DNA of 64,000 nt from Spirochaetia bacterium (GTDB lineage Bacteria > Spirochaetota > Spirochaetia > CADAEX01), in contig OY759746.1 of the NCBI GenBank assembly GCA_963662795.1, positions 3,168,001 to 3,232,000 on the forward strand. Direction: 5' to 3'. A model generated the notes under the pieces. That model ran no database searches. It was not told the origin of the DNA and was given only the letters and a program-made list of their open reading frames with translations. The first letter of the stretch is position 1, and each line of letters begins with the position of its first letter. The position numbers and the translations under genes were made by a program. Positions 1 to 9,589 of this stretch are shown here, in pieces.

Positions 1-240
1 GTTATTCAGGAAATTTCCCGTACCCTGGATAAAATAATGGATTTCATATTCATCAGGGCCATGAGGTGGAACCTGCTGTGCCATTTTATCTCATCTCTAT
101 CTTTCATCTGATATACAAAAACTACATCCTTAAACTCCACAACTGCATCCTTATGTCAATTATATACATGTAAATACAGTTCTGTATATTGCAAAAGGGA
201 ATTTTCGGATTGAAAATTAATATAGTAGCGGGGTGCCGGT

Positions 241-1734
241 TTGAAAACAGTTGTCGGAATTGATAATGGAACACAGAGTACGAAAATTTTGTTCTATGAC
301 TTTGAAAACATGAAGGTTGTCGCATCATCTTCTGCCGGATATGACATGATAAGCAGGGATGACGGCACAAGAGAGCAAAAAGCCCAATGGTGGATCGGGG
401 CAATTGAAAAATGTTTCAGTGAAATTGATCCCGCGATTAAAAAAACAGCTGTCGCAGTAGGTGTTTCGGGGCATCAGCATGGATTTGTTCCGTTAAATAA
501 AGATGGGAAAGTTCTTTATAATGTAAAATTGTGGTGTGATACATCAACCTCTTCAGAATGCAGGGAAATTGAAAACAGCTTCGGCGGCGGGGAAAAACTG
601 CTCTCAGAAGCCGGAAACAGAATACTTCCCGGTTATACTGCATCAAAAATACTGTGGCTTAAAAATAATCATCCTGAACTTTATAAAGACATGAAATATA
701 TCCTTCTGCCTCATAATTATATAAATTTTTACCTGACCGGAAAATATTCGATGGAGAGCGGAGATGCTTCCGGAACAGGCCTGCTGAATATTAAAACGCG
801 CAAATGGGATAAAGGTGTTTTAAAAGCCATTGATTCAGAAAGAGATATAACAGAGTGTTTACCGGTTCTGATCGGATCACATGAAGCCGCCGGTAAAGTG
901 ACCGGGGAGGTCTCTTCAAAGCTGGGCATACCGGAAGGTATTATAGTTTCTTCCGGAGGCGGTGATAACATGATGGGTGCCATCGGCACCGGTGCAGTAT
1001 CCCCGGGTGTCATTACAATGAGCCTCGGAACATCAGGTACCATATACGGGTTTTCGGACAGACCTGTAATTGATCCGAATGGAAATCTTGCCGCGTTCTG
1101 CTCTTCAACAGGCGGCTGGCTTCCCCTCCTGTGCACAATGAACTGTACTGTAGCAACAGAGCTGATGCGCAAGCTCTTTGACACCGGTGTGGATGAATTC
1201 GGCAAAATTGCATCAAAATCTGTTGCCGGGGCTGAGGGAATAATAACTCTTCCTTTTTTTAACGGAGAACGCACCCCGAATTTGCCGAATGGAAAGGGCT
1301 GTATAGTCGGGATGGATATGACAAATGTCAGAAAAGAGAACCTTTTCAGATCCTCGATGGAATCAGCTGTATTCGGGATGCGGCTCGGACTGGATTCATT
1401 CAGGGAGCTCGGCTTTCTTATAAAAGAGATACGGCTGATCGGAGGAGGCTCAAAATCGGATCTCTGGAGACAAATTACTGCAGATATACTTGATTTACCG
1501 GTTATAGTCCCCGATTTTGATGAGTCTGCGGCATTCGGCAGCGCCATTCAGGCTTTATGGGCATTTGATCATGCCGGAGGTATGCATTCTGATATTACTC
1601 ATCTTATAAAAAAACATGTGGTAATTAACCCCGGGAAAAACTGTATTCCGGATCAGAAGAATAGTGCAGTTTATAATAAAGTTTATAAAACCTACAGCAG
1701 TTATGTAAAATCTTTGAGTGATATTTTCAAATAA
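241..1734 (+). CDS. xylB: Xylulokinase (FGGY family)
   Basis: GIDNGTQSTK N-terminal motif, SGHQHG, LWCDT, GGGDN, FFNGERTP, IGGGSKS; adjacent to xylA; TTG start. Confidence 0.93.
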   Translation: MKTVVGIDNGTQSTKILFYDFENMKVVASSSAGYDMISRDDGTREQKAQWWIGAIEKCFSEIDPAIKKTAVAVGVSGHQHGFVPLNKDGKVLYNVKLWCDTSTSSECREIENSFGGGEKLLSEAGNRILPGYTASKILWLKNNHPELYKDMKYILLPHNYINFYLTGKYSMESGDASGTGLLNIKTRKWDKGVLKAIDSERDITECLPVLIGSHEAAGKVTGEVSSKLGIPEGIIVSSGGGDNMMGAIGTGAVSPGVITMSLGTSGTIYGFSDRPVIDPNGNLAAFCSSTGGWLPLLCTMNCTVATELMRKLFDTGVDEFGKIASKSVAGAEGIITLPFFNGERTPNLPNGKGCIVGMDMTNVRKENLFRSSMESAVFGMRLGLDSFRELGFLIKEIRLIGGGSKSDLWRQITADILDLPVIVPDFDESAAFGSAIQALWAFDHAGGMHSDITHLIKKHVVINPGKNCIPDQKNSAVYNKVYKTYSSYVKSLSDIFK

Positions 1735-1746
1735 GGAGAAACGTTT

Positions 1747-3096
1747 ATGAAAGATTATTTTATCGGCAATCAGGAGTTTTTTAAGGGAATTGGAAAAATC
1801 AGCTATGAGGGCAGCGGTTCAGACAATCCGCTGGCTTTCAAATTCTACAATCCGGAAAGAATCGTAGCCGGAAAAACAATGAGAGAACACCTCCGTTTTT
1901 CCGTTGCCTACTGGCATTCTTTCTGTGCCGGCGGTTCAGATCAATTCGGACATGATACAATTGTTTTCCCATGGGCCGATTCTGATCCTCTTGCCGCGGC
2001 AAGAAAAAAAGCTGATGCTGCATTTGAATTCACAACAAAGATGGGTTTTGATTACTATTGTTTTCATGATGCCGATGTCGCGCCCCAGGGTTCTTCTGCG
2101 GCAGAGTATGAAAAATACTATAGGATAATTGCGGAATATCTTAAGGAAAGACAGGATGCCACCGGTGTGAAGCTATTGTGGAATACTGCCAATGTTTGTT
2201 CCCATCCGAGATATATGAACGGCACAGCTACCAACCCTGATTTTAACGTAATTACATGGGCTGCCATGCAGGTGAAGAATTGTTTGGATGTCAATGTTTA
2301 TCTTGGTGGAGAGAATTATGTTTTCTGGGGTGGAAGGGAAGGCTACATGAGCCTGCTGAATACTGATATGAAGCGGGAGCAGGAACATCTGGCACGTTTT
2401 ATCAGCCTTGCAAGAGACTACGGACGAAAGGTCGGATTTAAAGGTCCTTTTCTTATTGAACCCAAGCCAATGGAGCCTACAAAGCACCAGTATGATTATG
2501 ATGCTGCAACAGCTATTGCGTTTATCCGCTCTGCCGGGTTGACCGGGGATTTTAAATGCAATATTGAATGCAATCACGCAACTCTGGCAGGGCATACGTT
2601 CTCGCATGATCTTCAGGTTTGTGCTGATGCGGGTATGCTCGGAAGTGTGGATGCGAACAGGGGGGATCCCCAGAACGGGTGGGACACAGACCAGTTTCCC
2701 AATAATGTCTATGAAACCGCAGAAGCAATGATGATTATACTTAAAAACGGTGGATTTACCTCCGGCGGTCTTAATTTCGACGCAAGAGTCAGGAGAAATT
2801 CCACAGATGCAGATGATCTTTTTCTTGCCCACATTGGCGCTGCCGATACCTTTGCGCTGGGACTGCTTATCGCGTCAGATATATTGGCGGACGGCAAACT
2901 GGATGAAATGAGGAAGAAACGGTATTCATCATTTGATTCAGGCAGCGGCGCGGAATTTGAGAAAGGAAAGTTTACTCTCTCCGACTTAAGGGATATTGCT
3001 GTCAAAACCGGAGAACCTGCCAGGATAAGCGGTAAACAGGAGCTTTATGAGAATATTATAAATCAATATATGTTTGGTAACAATCAGATCAGGTAG
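1747..3096 (+). CDS. xylA: Xylose isomerase (class II)
   Basis: [52 protein letters not shown] motifs; SD AAGGAG upstream. Confidence 0.97.
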   Translation: MKDYFIGNQEFFKGIGKISYEGSGSDNPLAFKFYNPERIVAGKTMREHLRFSVAYWHSFCAGGSDQFGHDTIVFPWADSDPLAAARKKADAAFEFTTKMGFDYYCFHDADVAPQGSSAAEYEKYYRIIAEYLKERQDATGVKLLWNTANVCSHPRYMNGTATNPDFNVITWAAMQVKNCLDVNVYLGGENYVFWGGREGYMSLLNTDMKREQEHLARFISLARDYGRKVGFKGPFLIEPKPMEPTKHQYDYDAATAIAFIRSAGLTGDFKCNIECNHATLAGHTFSHDLQVCADAGMLGSVDANRGDPQNGWDTDQFPNNVYETAEAMMIILKNGGFTSGGLNFDARVRRNSTDADDLFLAHIGAADTFALGLLIASDILADGKLDEMRKKRYSSFDSGSGAEFEKGKFTLSDLRDIAVKTGEPARISGKQELYENIINQYMFGNNQIR

Positions 3097-3341
3097 CGCT
3101 GATTCATGCCCGGTCAAGGTTTCATAACCATGTTCCGATGCTTACGGATGTTTAACACCGGAATACGGATTTATGCATTTATTCATGTATATGAAACATT
3201 TTCCGTTTTCAGGGTAATGGGACCGGCCGGGTTTTTTTAAATGGCACTATGGAAAAGATCAATAAATATTATCATCTTAAAAGAAAAATACAGTCGGGAA
3301 AAATGCTTTACAATTATTATATTCAACCATAGGATTAATAT

Positions 3342-4295
3342 GTGAACAGCTTTCTGAAATATCTTGCATTATTTTTTGGTTTGGTTTTTTCATTATCCCT
3401 TTTTCTCTCTATCAGCCTGATGGTGAAAACCCCGTTTCTTTCCAAGAACAGTGAAAACTCATATACAGAAAAGAAATATCACTATGCTTTTTTTCTGCCT
3501 GAGACAGATGCCACATTTCTAAGGAACCTTAAAGAGGGTGCAGTTGAAGCCTCCCGGGCACTTGATTGTGCCATTTCTTTTCATTCCATCGATTCAGATC
3601 CTTTGAGTTTTGAAATGGCAAGGTTTTCCGGAGTCGATGGTTTCGGCATATATTTATATGAAAAAGATGAAAAAAAAATGCAGTATCTTTCAGAAATCTT
3701 AAAAGATAATATTCCGGTTGTACAGATTGAAAATGAAGTAACACAGATACCGGGATCATTTTTTATTGGTACAAATAGTTTTGATGTCGGAAAAGGAATC
3801 GGCCGTTTAGCTCTGGAATCCGGCAGGGAGTCATTAAATATGGCTCTGGTTTACAGTAAAAAAAATCCTGGAGTAATTACTGACGGAAATCTTATTGAGA
3901 TGGGAATAAAATCTGTTTTGGGAGAACGGCTTACAGGTTTGCGAACGGAAGAAACAAGCCTGAATCCCCTGGATGCAGAAAACCTTGTTCATAATCTTCT
4001 TGATAATGAATCTGCAATAGATCTGATTGTTCTGACCGATCACAATGATACTATTGTTACAGTTCAGTCTATTATTGATATGAATCTGGTGGGCACCGTC
4101 CAGATTATTGGATTTGGAGATCATGAAACAATAAAATCATATATTAACAAAGGGGTAATACTGGGAAGCATAGTGCGCAACCCCTACAGGATCGGCTTTT
4201 CTACTGTTATGGCTCTCAAGGAAATCAGCACCAATGGATACACCTCTGCCTATGTGGATACAGGAATTACAATACTGACAGGAAAGGCTCCATGA
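3342..4295 (+). CDS. Membrane-anchored sugar-binding sensor protein (periplasmic binding fold) associated with the two-component system
   Basis: N-terminal TM, FIGTNSFDVG, QIIGFGD, NPYRIG, VDTG motifs of RbsB-like fold; stop overlaps kinase start (ATGA). Confidence 0.75.
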   Translation: MNSFLKYLALFFGLVFSLSLFLSISLMVKTPFLSKNSENSYTEKKYHYAFFLPETDATFLRNLKEGAVEASRALDCAISFHSIDSDPLSFEMARFSGVDGFGIYLYEKDEKKMQYLSEILKDNIPVVQIENEVTQIPGSFFIGTNSFDVGKGIGRLALESGRESLNMALVYSKKNPGVITDGNLIEMGIKSVLGERLTGLRTEETSLNPLDAENLVHNLLDNESAIDLIVLTDHNDTIVTVQSIIDMNLVGTVQIIGFGDHETIKSYINKGVILGSIVRNPYRIGFSTVMALKEISTNGYTSAYVDTGITILTGKAP

Positions 4296-5773
4296 GAAAT
4301 TCACTCAAAACAAGACTTATTGAATATATTGCTGTCAGTATGGTCATAATATTATTTTCAATGGGATTTTTTCTGATCAATTCTTTGAAACTTCAGAAAA
4401 TTGCTGACAGAAGGTTTGAGGATGAATTATTTCTGCAAAAATTGAAATACCACCTTTCCGATTTACAGGTACCGCTTGAGAGTTATATGACAAGTTATTC
4501 CTCCTCCTCGCTGGCAAAATTATTATTCATTATGGAAACGCTTGATGAGTCAGTCCCATCAAGACGCCCGATTACAGCTAATGAGTCTGATCTGATAAAA
4601 AGGGAAATATACTTTCTGATTGATGCTTATACGGCACAGCTGAATCAGATAATTGAACTTAAAAGAGGCAGGAAAGTACAGCAGTATACCCAAAGCTATG
4701 AAGAATTGATTAATCTTTATAAATATATCAACAGCAGGATAGATTTAGTCAGTTTGATTGGATTTCGTGTACAGCTGGATGAATACCAGAATTTTCTGGA
4801 ACTTTTCAGGAAGATGCAGTTGTATAATATCCTGCAGATTCTTCTTTCGACGGCCTTTGCATTTTCCATTCTGATGAAAATGGTAAATAATATTACAAGT
4901 CCTATGTATGAGCTGTCACTTATGGCAGGAAAGCTCTCAAGCGGTCTGTTTGATATACCGGATATACATTTTTCTTCTGTCAATGAGGTCAATCAGGTTG
5001 CCGGTGCATTCAATAACATGAAACACAATATCCGCCACTCGATTGAAGAACTTGAGAAGCAGAAGAAGATGGAACAGGAAATCATGTCTGAACGTGTCAG
5101 GAATCTTAAAATGGAACAGCTTCTGAAAAGGATGGAACTCTATACAATGCAGGCACAGATGAATCCGCATTTCCTGTTCAATACAATCAACACGGGTGTT
5201 CAGCTTGCAATTGTAGAAGAGGCGGACCGGACTGCAGAGTTTATGGAAAATCTTGCTGACCTGTTTCGTTACAATATCCGGGAAAAACAGTTTTTTGTTC
5301 CTCTCCGGCACGAACTGGAAGGGCTTGAGTCATACTATAAAATACTTAAAATAAGATTTCCCAAAACCCTTAAACTTGTCTTAAATGTACAGGAAGGTCT
5401 TGCTGACAGGTTCGACTGTCCGGCTATGGTTCTTCAGCCGCTTGTTGAAAATTCAGTGCTGCATGCATTCAAGAAAAAAAAGGGAATAGGGACTGTTACT
5501 GTTTCTGTCAGTTTTGAAGATCCGGTACTTGTAATTTCTGTCCATGATGACGGAATAGGTATTGCTGAAGAAACCATTAAAATGCTGCTCATACCCCATG
5601 TACATGATTATCAGCTTAGTTCCAGGGTTATGGGGCTTGAAAATGTTATTCAGCGCTGTTATTTCTTTTATCCTGATCAGAAGGATGTAATTGATATCAA
5701 AACAGTTCCTGACCAGGGAACGGAAATACTGATCAGAATTCATACTGAGGTTCAGCCATGTATCAGGTTATGA
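4292..5773 (+). CDS. Sensor histidine kinase, LytS/YesM family
   Basis: Two TM segments, HAMP-like region, QAQMNPHFLFNTIN H-box, LQPLVENS, DDGIG, GLENV. Confidence 0.92.
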   Translation: MRNSLKTRLIEYIAVSMVIILFSMGFFLINSLKLQKIADRRFEDELFLQKLKYHLSDLQVPLESYMTSYSSSSLAKLLFIMETLDESVPSRRPITANESDLIKREIYFLIDAYTAQLNQIIELKRGRKVQQYTQSYEELINLYKYINSRIDLVSLIGFRVQLDEYQNFLELFRKMQLYNILQILLSTAFAFSILMKMVNNITSPMYELSLMAGKLSSGLFDIPDIHFSSVNEVNQVAGAFNNMKHNIRHSIEELEKQKKMEQEIMSERVRNLKMEQLLKRMELYTMQAQMNPHFLFNTINTGVQLAIVEEADRTAEFMENLADLFRYNIREKQFFVPLRHELEGLESYYKILKIRFPKTLKLVLNVQEGLADRFDCPAMVLQPLVENSVLHAFKKKKGIGTVTVSVSFEDPVLVISVHDDGIGIAEETIKMLLIPHVHDYQLSSRVMGLENVIQRCYFFYPDQKDVIDIKTVPDQGTEILIRIHTEVQPCIRL

Positions 5774-7263
5774 TAGTAGACGATGAAGAACCTGTTCTGG
5801 ACAGCTTTGCCTTTATACTAAGCAAGGATGTGACAGATTTTGCTCTGTGTGGTAAAGCCAGATCAGGACCTGAAGCAATCAGTAAAATACAGGAACTGAT
5901 GCCCGATCTGGTATTTATGGACATACAAATACCGGGTATTGACGGTATTGAAACTATCAGTCAGATCAGGCATAAGTACCCTAATATAGTTTTTATTCTG
6001 GCTACGGCCTATGAACGATTTGACATTGCCAGGAAAGCCATCCCCCTGGGAGTATTCAGCTATATGGTAAAACCGATATCTAGAAAGGCTCTTCTGGAGG
6101 TTCTTGAAAAAGTAAAAAATCATCTTGACGGATTAAGGGAACGGGACTTGCGCCGTCTTGAAGATGTCGAGCTTCTGCAGAAAACGAGGGATGAAAGAAA
6201 AAACAGTTTTCTGAACAGCCTGATCTGGGGAAATCCCGATGAAAAAGAATGGGGAAAAATTTCACGGCTTTTTTCACTTAACAGTGAAAGGGGGCTTTTA
6301 TCCCTGATTGAAGCTGTCGGTGACATACCTGAAGGCAATAAAATAAAGCTCTATGGGGCGGTAACTGAAAAAATTCAATATAAATATAAATGTCTGAGTA
6401 CTGTTGTTAACGGCAGGTTGCTTATGTTCATTCCTGAAGAGCAGAAACTTAATAATCTTGACTGCAACATTAAAAGTATTCTGAATGATTGTAATCAATA
6501 TAATTTTATAACCGGTCAGGGGGGAATTTATCATTTCTCAGCCCTGCATACCTCCTTTTCAGAGGCCTTTAAACCATTTACTGCAGCCGCAAAGAGGGAA
6601 AAATCTTATTCCGCGGAACAGGAGCGGGTTAAAATGATCTGCAGAAGTATTCTTGATCCGGATAATACGGATTCTCATCATCTTTTTGAAGATTACTGGT
6701 CGGAAATATTCAGCAGTATGAGTTTTCCTGTTGCGCAGGGTAAAATGATTGCTCTTTTTACACTGCTGCTTAGTAAATTTGACAGTCGGCTTCTTTCAGT
6801 ATCAAATTTTCCTATTGATCCGGCAGTAGAAATAATGGGGCTGAAATCAATTGCAGAATGGATTGAATGGTCATCGGGAAACATTAATCGTCTCCAGGAA
6901 GTCAGCAGAATTAATCAAAATCAGTTATGTCCACGTCCGCTTGCTGCCGCTATGTCATATATCCGTGAAAATTATAAAAAACCACTGCAGTTATCCCTTG
7001 TCGCTGAGGAATGCGGGATAACAGGAAGCTATCTCAGCAGGTTATTTAAAGAACATCTGGGTATAACCTTTATTGATTATTTGAACCGCTTCCGGCTGAA
7101 TAAAGCTATAATACTTCTTGAAGAGAAAAAATATTCAATAAAGGAAATTTCATATCTTGTAGGATATCAGGATCCGAACTACTTCAGCAGGATTTTCCGG
7201 CGGCACATGGGGATATCTCCATCTGATCTCCTTGATAACGAGGATGGTAAAAATGATTTATAA
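5758..7263 (+). CDS. Response regulator, receiver + C-terminal AraC HTH (YesN-like)
   Basis: IVDDE, FMDIQIPG receiver; C-terminal YLSRLFK...VGYQDPNYFSRIFR AraC motif. Confidence 0.93.
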   Translation: MYQVMIVDDEEPVLDSFAFILSKDVTDFALCGKARSGPEAISKIQELMPDLVFMDIQIPGIDGIETISQIRHKYPNIVFILATAYERFDIARKAIPLGVFSYMVKPISRKALLEVLEKVKNHLDGLRERDLRRLEDVELLQKTRDERKNSFLNSLIWGNPDEKEWGKISRLFSLNSERGLLSLIEAVGDIPEGNKIKLYGAVTEKIQYKYKCLSTVVNGRLLMFIPEEQKLNNLDCNIKSILNDCNQYNFITGQGGIYHFSALHTSFSEAFKPFTAAAKREKSYSAEQERVKMICRSILDPDNTDSHHLFEDYWSEIFSSMSFPVAQGKMIALFTLLLSKFDSRLLSVSNFPIDPAVEIMGLKSIAEWIEWSSGNINRLQEVSRINQNQLCPRPLAAAMSYIRENYKKPLQLSLVAEECGITGSYLSRLFKEHLGITFIDYLNRFRLNKAIILLEEKKYSIKEISYLVGYQDPNYFSRIFRRHMGISPSDLLDNEDGKNDL

Positions 7264-8284
7264 AAAGATACTGATGCTTTTTTTGCTCGTACTTTTTATT
7301 TTTTCCTGTAATAAACCGGAAAAGGATGAAAACTCAATACGCATCGGATTTTCAGCAGCATCCGATACATTCCTTCTTGAACGATGGGACCGTGATATCA
7401 AAATATTCATGACAACAGCACGGGAACTTGGAGCAGAGGTCATTTTTGCAAAGTCTCCGGGGAATGCTCTTGGACAGATACCACAGATCCAGTATCTGAT
7501 GGAGCAGAATATTGATGTGCTTGTCGTCATTCCTGAAGATATGGAACTTCTTTCCGGTATTATAAAAAAGATAATTGATAAAGGGATTCCTGTCCTTTCC
7601 TATGACAGACCAATTATGGGTGTCCCTATTACAGGGTATGTTTCATTTGACAACAAGGAGGTCGGACGCCTGCTTGCAGGGGCACTGACTTCTGTTGTCA
7701 AGACAGGAAATTATCTGATTGTTAACGGATCGGTACATGATAACAACAGTTTTGAAGTTAACAGGGGTGTGCATGAAGTTCTGGACCCGTTTATTGAAGA
7801 CGGGGACATCAGAGTTGTTGAAGAGATATGGCTGGATGAATGGAGCTTTGATGAAGCTACAGAAAAGATCGGCATGGTTCTTACCAAAACACTGGATATT
7901 CAGGCTGTTTCTGCCGCAAATGATATGATTGCAGAGGCTGCCATACGGCTTCTGTCTGAACGGCGGATGGCAGGGGAGGTTGCTGTCGCCGGACAGGATG
8001 CTGATTTATTATCCTGTCAAAGGGTTGTGGAGGGGACACAGTTAATGACAGTGTATAAACCCATACCGAGGCTCGCAGGACGTGCTGCCGAACTTGCCGT
8101 GCAGATGGCTTTGAAAAAGATCCCTGAACCCGAGCAATATATAAATAACAACAGCGGTCAGGATATTGCTTTTTTTGTTGAAACACCAATACCGGTATTT
8201 AAAGATCAGATGGATGAAACAGTGATTCGGGATGGGTTTCATTCAAAAAATGATGTTTATCGGAATATACCCTCACAGAATTGA
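7253..8284 (+). CDS. XylF-like sugar-binding lipoprotein
   Basis: Lipobox-like IFSC, ERWDRD, VLSYDR, VSFDN, AANDMIA, GQDADL, MTVYKP; start chosen at ATG 7253 (ORF extends to 7232). Confidence 0.8.
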   Translation: MIYKKILMLFLLVLFIFSCNKPEKDENSIRIGFSAASDTFLLERWDRDIKIFMTTARELGAEVIFAKSPGNALGQIPQIQYLMEQNIDVLVVIPEDMELLSGIIKKIIDKGIPVLSYDRPIMGVPITGYVSFDNKEVGRLLAGALTSVVKTGNYLIVNGSVHDNNSFEVNRGVHEVLDPFIEDGDIRVVEEIWLDEWSFDEATEKIGMVLTKTLDIQAVSAANDMIAEAAIRLLSERRMAGEVAVAGQDADLLSCQRVVEGTQLMTVYKPIPRLAGRAAELAVQMALKKIPEPEQYINNNSGQDIAFFVETPIPVFKDQMDETVIRDGFHSKNDVYRNIPSQN

Positions 8285-8318
8285 TAACATAATTGTGCTA
8301 TTTATCCATTATTTTTTT

Positions 8319-8346
8319 ATCATCAGGTCATCTTTGACCTGATGAT
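8319..8346. promoter_or_regulatory. Perfect 12-bp inverted repeat upstream of the transporter operon
   Basis: ATCATCAGGTCA-tctt-TGACCTGATGAT; no U-tract on either strand, so an operator or RNA-stabilising hairpin is more likely than a terminator. Confidence 0.45.
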
Positions 8347-8423
8347 TACATCTAAATCCTGTATCTAACGAAAAACTCTCATTATAAAATATAAATAATA
8401 AATTTTAAAATAAGGAGTTTATT

Positions 8424-9512
8424 ATGAAAAAATTATTTTTGCTGACTATTGTTGTACTTATTGCTTTTACTGCATTTACCGGATGTCAGAAAAAAAAAGA
8501 AGGACTAAGTATTGGTATTGCCATGCCTGAGACACATGTCGCCAGATGGGTAACTGATGGAGAAGCACTTAAAGCCAATGCTGAAGCTATGGGTTATACT
8601 GCGGAAGTCGCTTTCGGTGACGGAGATCAGCCCAAACAGAACAAGCAGATTGAGGATTTTATCACCAAAGGGGTAAAACTGATTGTTGTTGCCAGTATCA
8701 ATACAGGTGTTAATACCGTACTTGCGGATGCCGCGGCAGAAGGAATAGAAATTATTTCCTATGACAGGCTTCTTATGGATTCTGCTGATTTCAATTATTA
8801 CATAACATTTAACCTTACCAAGGTCGGTGAATTCCAGGGACAGGCCATTGTAGATGCCCTTGATCTGAGTAAGGCAGTGAAGCCGAAGTATATCACGCTT
8901 TTTGCGGGATCCCCGACAGATAATAATGCTTATTTCTTCTATGACGGCGCAATGAGTGTTCTTAATCCGTTTATTGATTCAGGTAAACTGAAAGTAGTAG
9001 GGCCATATCCCAGAACTTCTGCTGATAAGGAAAATTTCAACAGAATAGCTACCGAAGGATGGAGAGCGGAAATTGCCAAGGCCAGAATGGAAAATTTGCT
9101 TAATAATGATGCCAAGGATGTAGTCCTTGATGCTGTTCTTGCGCCCAACGATCCTGTCGGCAGGGCAATAATAGAAGCCTGCTCCAACGATGCCAAATAT
9201 GACAAAACCGAAACCCTGCCTGTTGTTACAGGTCAGGATGGAGAACTTGCGACTGTACAGTATATCCGTGACGGCAAACAGTACATGACTGTATTCAAGG
9301 ATTCAAGACTTCTTGCCAAAGCCACAATCCAGCTGGCTGATGCAATTCTTAAAAAAGTAAAACCGAATATTGAAGGCACAACCCTTACTGAGTTTAACAC
9401 CAACAAGAAAATGGTTGCAACTTACCTTCTTGCCCCGATTCTTGTAACAAAGGATAATTATAAAAAAATTATTATCGATAGCGGATATTACACGGAAGAT
9501 CAGTTGAAATAA
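8424..9512 (+). CDS. chvE: ChvE-like multiple-monosaccharide ABC substrate-binding lipoprotein
   Basis: Lipobox FTGC, GIAMP..RW, SYDRL, FAGSPTDNNA, APND, TGQD, MTVFKD; SD AAGGAG. Confidence 0.82.
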   Translation: MKKLFLLTIVVLIAFTAFTGCQKKKEGLSIGIAMPETHVARWVTDGEALKANAEAMGYTAEVAFGDGDQPKQNKQIEDFITKGVKLIVVASINTGVNTVLADAAAEGIEIISYDRLLMDSADFNYYITFNLTKVGEFQGQAIVDALDLSKAVKPKYITLFAGSPTDNNAYFFYDGAMSVLNPFIDSGKLKVVGPYPRTSADKENFNRIATEGWRAEIAKARMENLLNNDAKDVVLDAVLAPNDPVGRAIIEACSNDAKYDKTETLPVVTGQDGELATVQYIRDGKQYMTVFKDSRLLAKATIQLADAILKKVKPNIEGTTLTEFNTNKKMVATYLLAPILVTKDNYKKIIIDSGYYTEDQLK

Positions 9513-9526
9513 TCAAAATAACAAGC

Positions 9527-9573
9527 AGGATTTAAAGGCGTTTATTTCAATAACGCTTTTAAATCCTTTATTT
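9527..9573 (+). terminator. Stem-loop after the SBP gene (partial terminator or mRNA stabiliser)
   Basis: AGGATTTAAAGGCGTT...AACGCTTTTAAATCCT followed by TTATTT. Confidence 0.6.
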
Positions 9574-9589
9574 ACAGGAAATAATTGCA

